Positions 56,701 through 64,000 of a stretch of 64,000 nucleotides of DNA are shown here, piece by piece. The stretch's first letter is position 1. Each line of letters begins with the position of its first letter. The translations under genes and the position numbers were made by a program. The notes beneath the pieces were generated by a model. It made no database searches and had not been told where the DNA came from. It saw only the letters and a program-made list of their open reading frames with translations. The stretch is from Macrostomum lignano (Eukaryota), in assembly GCA_002269645.1 (NCBI GenBank), contig NIVC01000433.1, positions 1 through 64,000 on the forward strand, in the 5' to 3' direction.

Positions 56701-59117
56701 CTAGTGGGGGCTAGGCAGACTCCCAAGGTTAATCCTTGGTCTCTTACTCTCTTTTTTATTTTGGGGTTGCAATAGGGGCCTCATGGCCTTTTTTGTGGCA
56801 CTTGTGGCCTTTTTATTAGTAGGTAATAAAATAAGTAAATAGCCTAAATGATACAAGTGAAAACAGTGTAGTATATCTAGTCTTATAGAATATTTTGCTA
56901 TGTGTACAACTTTCTTTCTTAGAAAATACAGTATTTAAATGTCCGCCAAATAGTAATAATTTTGTTTAACTGTTGTGCACTCAAATAATATTCTACAAAA
57001 TTTAAAAATTTGTTATAAATGCATTGTCTGATTGGTATAAATAGGAGCCTAGAATGGGCCAGGAAAAACAACCGCTTGCTTGCTCAAGTAAGATCGTGAC
57101 AATTAATCCACTTAATAAAAATCCTAAGCATTCTTACTTGGCTTATTCATTTCTATAGTATTAAGCCCCTTGTTGGGAGTATCAGAAACCGCTAAAAGCG
57201 AGAATCGCCTCAGGGCAAGAAGCACTACAGAATAGTAAGATTGCTTCAAGGCAGGAAAAATGTCTAAGGGCAGGGAAAACACATAAGGCTGTTGACCCTC
57301 TGATCCAGGGAACACCTAGGACTGAGAGAAAACTTATAGGAGTAAATAGAGTAAATAGTGCCATTAGACTGCTCAAGCCAAAGAGTACAGTACATGTACA
57401 GACGCTACCAATAAGATAAGTAGACTACCAATATAGAAGTAGATAGAAAAGTAGTCACACTACCAATAAGTAAGGTAATAAAGTACAAAGTAACAAAGTA
57501 CATTTGTGCAAAAATATATTAATTAAATTAAGTATAGGGGAATTAGTCCTGTAATAATAGGTAGTGGCATTGTGAGATTATTTATAGATAGAAAGTCAGC
57601 CTTTTTGACAACTTTGGTGTCAGCGGTAGGATAATTTCAGTGAGAACAATCATGCCTGTTACAACTTTGATGGCTAATTAGTGAGATTTTAATAGAGGGA
57701 AGCTAAACCCTTATCACATAAGATTTAAAAACTTAATAGCTAAAGCACTAAACTGACTAAGTTCAAATTTTAAGACATTATTTTTTAGATTATTAATTAA
57801 AGCTGCAACTAGTCTAAGTTACTTTTTGATAAAAAATCTAAGCTTTGCTTTTGCATATTAGAGGGCCTATTAATTAATCATTTCTAGCTATCTATTATAA
57901 TAAGAATAGGATTTAAAATAAAACATCTTGAATAAAAGCTTGGCTCCAAACATTTAACCTATGCTATCATACTTGGGTGCAACCTTGGGATTCACTCAGC
58001 CATTTCTATTGGCAACACACACATGTATATCGCTATTGGACAGAATAGTAGTCACGTGACTGCTCTCAGCCAATAGCAACTTACATGTGTGTTGCCAATA
58101 GAAACGGCCAGGTGATTCCCAAGGTTGCGCACGTATGTATGCTATACTAGGATGTACTGGGTTTATTTTTTGTGCACACATACATGCGCAACCTCCGAAA
58201 TTCGGTCGGCCATGCGACTTAGTTTTAACAAAAATGCGACGTAGTTTTTGGCCAAAAATGCGACTTACATGTAAAAAAAACCCTAAAGCAAAATTAACGC
58301 AACTTTAGGTAAACGGCAGGAGTAACTATGACTGTGTTAGTAATCCAAAATGCCTCGTCAGCTACTTAGTACTACTATTTGGTTATTTTTTCGGGTGGGC
58401 ATTTTTGCGACTTACTTGGTTGGCTGCCAAATTGGTCGGCCGGATTGGCCGACTCGGCCGACTGTTGCACATGTATGTGTGCACAGAGTATTCATATATG
58501 TAACCTAAATTTTAAAATTGCACTTTGAGATTAAAAGTTGGATGCAGTTTGGGTGCAGTCTTCTAACCTATTTTTCCATTGAAGCCTGATTTGCACTGCC
58601 TTAAAAATAAGAAAAAAGAGAAATTGCACTCTGAGCCTTAAAATCTTGTCCCTGGCAAAAACCCTAAGGGTATACTATATATAGCAAGTATGCAGAACAA
58701 ACAATTTGGCCACAAGACACACAGAACAATAGAGGATTTTTTGCTAGAAAAGTGTGCATATTTTTGCATTAGATTTAAATGGCCTAATACTAATATTAAT
58801 TTACTATAGCTCTTCTAGAGCCATAGAAGATTTTTTAAATGAAGTTGTGTATACATGCACATTTATTTAATTTTTACTTTCTGCACAGAATGCATTATTT
58901 GTAGGGATGAATTTTGCCCTGGCCCTGGATGCCATGGTTATTTTATGTTTTGAATAGGTCTATAAATACTATATATATATCAAAATTAGTTGTCTTATCC
59001 CAATATATTATTTTTAGATAGTTTGTTACATTACAATTGTCATTGAGTCAAACAACAATACTTACCACTTAATGAGTTTACCAAGTCATTACTTTGACCC
59101 ATTGTTGAAAGAACCAT
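53714..59117 (-). CDS. PPP4R2: Serine/threonine protein phosphatase 4 regulatory subunit 2; exons 59117-59066 and 54870-53714
   Basis: [37 protein letters not shown] and PWHLVKPLI motifs, long acidic tail. Exon 1 ([18 protein letters not shown]|gtaagt) joins cacag|AG to give SEFAQ. Confidence 0.9.
55400..56830 (+). mobile_element. Highly mutated LINE remnant (RNase H plus C-terminal CCHC; I/R1/LOA-group type) in the PPP4R2 intron
   Basis: Degraded motifs [60 protein letters not shown]; 3' end resembles 7200-7254. Confidence 0.8.
57979..58128. mobile_element. ~150-bp near-palindromic MITE centred on AGTCACGTGACT
   Basis: GCAACCTTGGGA..TTTCTATTGGCAACACAC..CATGTA mirrored by TACATGTGTGTTGCCAATAGAAA..TCCCAAGGTTGC. 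Confidence 0.75.
58171..58485. mobile_element. MITE with 22-bp TIRs (315 bp)
   Basis: TGTGCACACATACATGCGCAAC / GTTGCACATGTATGTGTGCACA, 21/22 complementary; no TSD seen. Confidence 0.75.
58308..58370 (+). other. Diverged 28S rRNA-derived fragment (R2/I-PpoI target region) inside the MITE; not a functional rRNA gene
   Basis: GGTAAACGGCAGGAGTAACTATGACT...AAATGCCTCGTCAGCTACTTAGT versus the conserved LSU sequence recalled from memory, GGTAAACGGCGGGAGTAACTATGACTCTCTTAAGGTAGCCAAATGCCTCGTCATCTAATTAGT. Confidence 0.8.
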
Positions 59118-60343
59118 TGCTAAGAGGGCCTAAGCAACCTTTAGTTTAAGCTTTCTTTGGAAAAGACTTCTTACTTTACTAGGTGTCACTATCGAAATAG
59201 TAATCTTAGTAGCACATACACTAGACAGAATCGCAAATTCGATAAACAGTACAGTGGTCGTGGAAACACGCAAACGTTCAAACACTAAGCTTAGAATTCC
59301 TAAAAAATGAAGAAAATATAGCTAAACTAGGTGTAGAGTAAAGCTGATCCTGATAATACCTACAAGGGCTACTGAATTAATTCAAAGATTAATCATATTA
59401 TTAAAGAAAGTATAAAATCATCTGCAATGGGTACTTGCTCATGTGATTTTTAAATTTTCTGAGTAGTGGTGTTACGCCTGCTCCTTCCAAATTCGACCTT
59501 CGGAATTGAATAGTAGATCATTTCTCTGTCGTATAAGAAACAGCTAAAATACTAAATAATTACAAATGAAGGATAATTTTAATTGCCTAAATTAAAGTAC
59601 TACAGTCGTCTTTATTTAACTTAAAATTAACTTTTGTTAATACTGTTAAAATAATGTTTTGACTGACAACAAGTATTTTAACATTTGATTAAGGAAAAAT
59701 TAATTGAATATTTTTTGCAAGCATTTCAACTCGACGAAAGTCGACGGTATTTGTGTATTTTGTGGGTGAGTAGTTCATTGAATTTGTTTTTGGAATTTAG
59801 TTAAGAGTTTCTCTGTAATCTAAATTAAAAATCTTGCTTCTGTAAAAGTTTAGTAGAATAGCAGAATGAGTAAAGTAACACAACTATCGTATGTATAGTC
59901 CATGGTTTTAGGATTAGGATGATAAAAAGTCCTGCATGGAAAAATAAAACAAATTAAATCGTTTGCTTTCTTGCCAAAACATGTTTGGAAATCTATCAAA
60001 CTTGTTTAGATCCGCTCCTACAGTTTGAACTCAGATTAATTTTTGCAAACTAATGTTCTTTTGCTTCATCTTATATGCTTTCGAAACAAAAATTGACGAA
60101 TACAACCGCATTTTATAAAATTTATTCTATTCCAGTATTTATTTTCTTTTTCCATTAATTAAAACTTTAAAATATCTAAAATTTTGACTCTTATGGATTG
60201 TAAAGAATAAAAAATAAACGCAGTATGAATACATTTAAGGAGAATTGCTCCATAACCAATAGATAAATTTTCGTTGTATCAACCTTTTAATATTATGCAG
60301 GTTCTTCTTTTTGGTCGAATACAATTACCAACTTATCAACGGA

Positions 60344-62404
60344 ATGGATCGCAATATGCCAGTACAGTCGGGTGGGTTGTGGAACTCAACTCCAGTGCAG
60401 TACAGTGCTCAAACCCAGCAGCTGCTTAAAGGTAAAAACCGCACTCAAGTACAGCTTGAAGTTCACTTTAACATACTATATTTAATTTATAATGCAAGCA
60501 AAAATTATAAAAAAATCTTGTACTTACATTTCAGACATGATGCAAGAATCAAAGCTTACTAATTTGCAAATGAGAAAAGTGTCAGAGACAATGAAAAGTA
60601 AGGATTAAGCTTTTGCAAAAAATGGCCTAAGACTTTGCCAACACATACCATTTCATTACAGCTACAATTTTTTATATCTGCATTTTTTTCTAAATTCAGA
60701 AGGCTCCAGTCTGCCGACAGATCTGCCTCCGACGTCATCTGCCAGGCAAAGGTCAAACTCTGCCGGTAAACCGAGAGGTCCAATGCCGAAAGTTCTCAAT
60801 CCAAAGTGAGACGTAGTTTTGTTTCCTTTACCAACCGTCTTTACAACATACTTGACCTCTAGTGCCATATCAGGATGAGGTCAGAAAGTTCAGGGTTCAA
60901 AGTTCATTTACGAGCTAACTTTCATAAGCGCTTCTGGGCCATGGTTACTCGTTTATCATATTGTTGATCAACTAGCTTCTTACTCTTGGTTAATTTAGGA
61001 AGTTGTTAAGGTTAGAATTCTGAAAGTATTTTAGAGCTACACAATTATTTTTTTAATTATTTTTATGAGATTTCTAAAACAGGATTGTTTGAGTTTTAGA
61101 GCACAATCAAATGAATACTATCATTAGAAAGAAAACATACGAACCGTATTTTGGCAAAGCATCTTTTAACGCCGATTTAACAAAACGTTATTCCGTAAGT
61201 TTCGAATCATGCTTTAACAAAAAGCACCTTTTGTAGATCTAAGAGACAAGGGGCGCACGTACTTTAAGTCACGTGATCCCCCCCCGATCCAAATGACAAA
61301 TTCCTGCGTATGCCTCTGTGGCTCAGCTTTGTCAAGCAGTCAGAATAGAGGCCACAGTAGCTCAGTTTTACAAAAGAAGCTGAAATTTCCCTCACCCACC
61401 AGAAACTATCAATCGAGTCTGCGTACGCGCGAACAAATCGTTGCTACGGGAGCCTACGAAAAGCCGGCCTACCGGCCAACGGGCCCGTCCGGTCGAAATC
61501 AGGACGCTGAGAAGCGACGCCTGGCGAACCGCATGGCCTTCGGTGACGAGTGCCCTCCAGACGATGGACGCGGGGACGTCGGCGGCAGCGGCGGCAGACG
61601 CAAAGGCGGAGTGAGGCGGATGACTCTGGAAGCCCCCGCTCCGGAGCCGACGCTGGACCGGTTCGACGAACTGGCCGAGGAAGTTGAGGACAGGCGTCGC
61701 TTCCTCGACCAGATGGAGGCGGCCGGGCAAGGCGCCAAGTATCGGGCCAAGATTCAGGCGGAAATATCGCAGGTGCGTGTCCACGGGGTTACGAGTAGAT
61801 TATCTACCGCGGTCATTCCCGATGGGCTGGAAAAATTATATGCATCCTATACTTAAGACAGCTTCGGGCCCCCAGGAACCGGCGGCTCTATGCATGATAT
61901 GGGGCTGGTGCTGGCGCCCCTGATGCTAAAGATTCTGGTGCTAAAGCCCCTAGTGCTAAAGCCCCTTGTGCTGACGCACCTGCTGTATAATAAGCTTAAT
62001 GCTAATATAATAAGCTTTATGCTTAACGTATAATAAGCAATTACCGATCGGTTTTTTAAAAGCCGCCCTACAACGGAAGCAAAATGAAGATATTTTTTGT
62101 CTTAATTATAAAAACTTATGTCTGCTATACATGTAAATTTTAAATCGGCTCAATTTTATAACAGTATATTTCAATTACTAAAAACTTTCTAGATATGCTT
62201 TACCATATAGCCGGTCATATTTTTTTCCATTGAATACTTTTTGCGAACAATACTACTGTAGACACTACTAAATAGTAGCAAAACAGGTAAATTTAAGCCA
62301 TGTCGCAATTTTCATTCCAGCTCGTCAGAGAGATGGAGATTATTGACAAGAAGCGCAACGAAGAGCTGGAACGAATGATGAGGGCGGAGCGGAGCGGTCA
62401 GTAG
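60344..62404 (+). CDS. C22orf23: UPF0193 protein EVG1 (C22orf23 homolog); exons 60344-60431, 60535-60597, 60700-60805, 61403-61772, 62321-62404
   Basis: [88 protein letters not shown]; all introns phase-consistent. Confidence 0.93.
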
Positions 62405-62847
62405 GGAACTTCCAGCCTGCCTAAGTCTGAGTGCCTTGATCGCAAGCTGACATCATCACTGCCAACTGCTTTTAAATTGATTGTGTTTATCTGACAAGAG
62501 CATGGATAAGGGAAGTAGGAGCCGACAGCCGCACTCTTGCAACTCTAAAATGAAAATGAAACAATTTTATGTTTTGTCCAAACGTTGGTTGACATGTTTA
62601 TCAAGTTTAGCCATTTAAATGCGACAGGAGATTAGGAGCAAGTAAGAAAAAGGTTCGAGTGAAATTTCTGCTTTTCCTGGCTCTTGATTGTATTTTTTTC
62701 CGATGATTTCTGTAGAAGATTATGCATGGTTTTTAGGGTTGTATTTGTTGTAAGTTAAAACAAACTGTAGAAACCATGCATTACCTCAATTAAATCCCTG
62801 CTTTCAAACTCCGGGATGTATTCAGATACAACCCGCAAAACAGTTTA

Positions 62848-62959
62848 GACCATAGACACTGAATGCAGTGCAAAGAGGGGTCAAGTGGACGCAGTTCCTG
62901 TGCGGGTGTACGGGCGGAGCCCCACATGTAGCATCTCACTTTATTAAATGTCTATGGTC
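62848..62959. mobile_element. 112-bp element with GACCATAGACA/TGTCTATGGTC inverted ends
   Basis: Perfect 11-bp inverted repeat; internal GGGCGGAGCCCC hairpin. Confidence 0.6.
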
Positions 62960-63375
62960 CGCTTTCATCTCGGAAAGTCGACTAGAAAGGATTTAAGCGA
63001 AACATGGGAGAAGTATTAAGATATTCTATGGTTGAAGTTGGGGATGGGGGTGTGGGGGCGAAGCCCCCACATTCTTTCCATAAACAAAATACGAGCTATT
63101 ATTAAGAAATTTCTCGAGTCACGAAGGAAGAGAAGAGAGAAGCTCGCTTATTTAGATACATGCAATAATCCTTGCAATATGTCCGGGAAAGTGATCGATT
63201 AAATCCCGCAAAATAAAATCTATGTCAATAATAACCTCCCTGAAAGTGAGCTTTAAAGTGGTTTAAAATTCGTTGTTTAGTTTTGTGAGTAGGTGAACTG
63301 CGGAAACTTATGTGGAAGTTAAATAGAGATAAAACAAAGAACACCAAAAGTGCATTTTCTAAGGTAGTTGCAAGT

Positions 63376-63482
63376 ACTTTTTGACCATAGACGGCAGTTA
63401 GCCAAGTACACAGAAGTTTACTTGGTGATTTAGCGCAAGAAGAAGCTTTAGCTTTGGCAGCTTAGGTCTGTGGTCAAAAAGT
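63376..63482. mobile_element. 107-bp element with ACTTTTTGACCATAGAC/GTCTGTGGTCAAAAAGT inverted ends
   Basis: 16/17 complementary. Confidence 0.6.
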
Positions 63483-64000
63483 GAATACCTGAAAAGATGC
63501 ACTTTCAACTTCATGAAGTTGGCATTCTATCTTATTCTCTGTATTCTTGGGGATAAACCTGTCAATCAGTTTTGAGAACAGAACCTGCACAAAAATTCTG
63601 AAGTTCAGATATCTTTAATTTACAACTCGCTCGGTTTTAAAGTGTTAGGCGTCCAGCTACTCCCAACTGTTCATATAGACCTGAGATGGACTTTGTACTA
63701 ATTAGTTGTTTATTTTAGTCCGTCCATTGAATCTGCAATTTAATTCTTTTAACAATTATACAATGTAAAAATGAACTAATGAACTACTCTTGAACTGCAT
63801 AGTATTGTGCATGCACCGTTCTTTGTTATTCGTTTTAAAACTGTTCTATTGGGTATAGTTGTAATTCTCACCTGATAGCATCAAGTCGAATAATAATTAA
63901 TTAATGAAAAAGCAAATAAAATTCGGATCAAGTCCCGTTGTTGAGATTTAGTCTCCGAAACACTATAAAATCGTCAAGCTGCTTTTTTAGTAATTGCTTT

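Noticed and set aside
58308-58370. Functional rRNA gene
   Set aside because: Only ~63 nt resemble 28S and the flanks are not rDNA.
60559-60868. Minus-strand ORFs 60559-60783 and 60662-60868 as PPP4R2 5' exons
   Set aside because: They are antisense to EVG1 exons 2-3; a better PPP4R2 first exon lies at 59117-59066.

Overview
Eukaryotic (invertebrate animal) genomic DNA with spliced genes and very high repeat content. A GRPRFamide NPF gene, minisatellite-filled introns and an SLC18B1 expansion suggest a free-living flatworm such as Macrostomum (inference only). Genes in order: part of a PX-domain sorting nexin (-); a two-exon neuropeptide F precursor (-); a nine-exon cystathionine beta-synthase (+); a three-exon orphan multi-pass membrane protein (-); a single-exon Cys-rich type I membrane protein (-); four tandem SLC18B1-like MFS transporters, one pseudogenised (-); PPP4R2 (-), head-to-head with a five-exon UPF0193/EVG1 gene (+). 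Mobile DNA: RTE-like and RNase-H-bearing LINE fragments; a young, internally deleted Mag-like Gypsy element in a CBS intron; a 5.7-kb CACTA/EnSpm-like element carrying a spliced DUF4806/BEN-like gene; an internally deleted Crypton-like element; hAT and other MITEs; and about a dozen minisatellites. Most unusual signals: kb-scale CpG-void patches, in one of which a LINE remnant is decayed almost entirely by C>T/G>A changes including CpA/TpG>TpA (RIP-like), and a 28S rRNA R2-target fragment inside a MITE. All protein and RNA family calls come from motif recognition by eye; no database searches were run.
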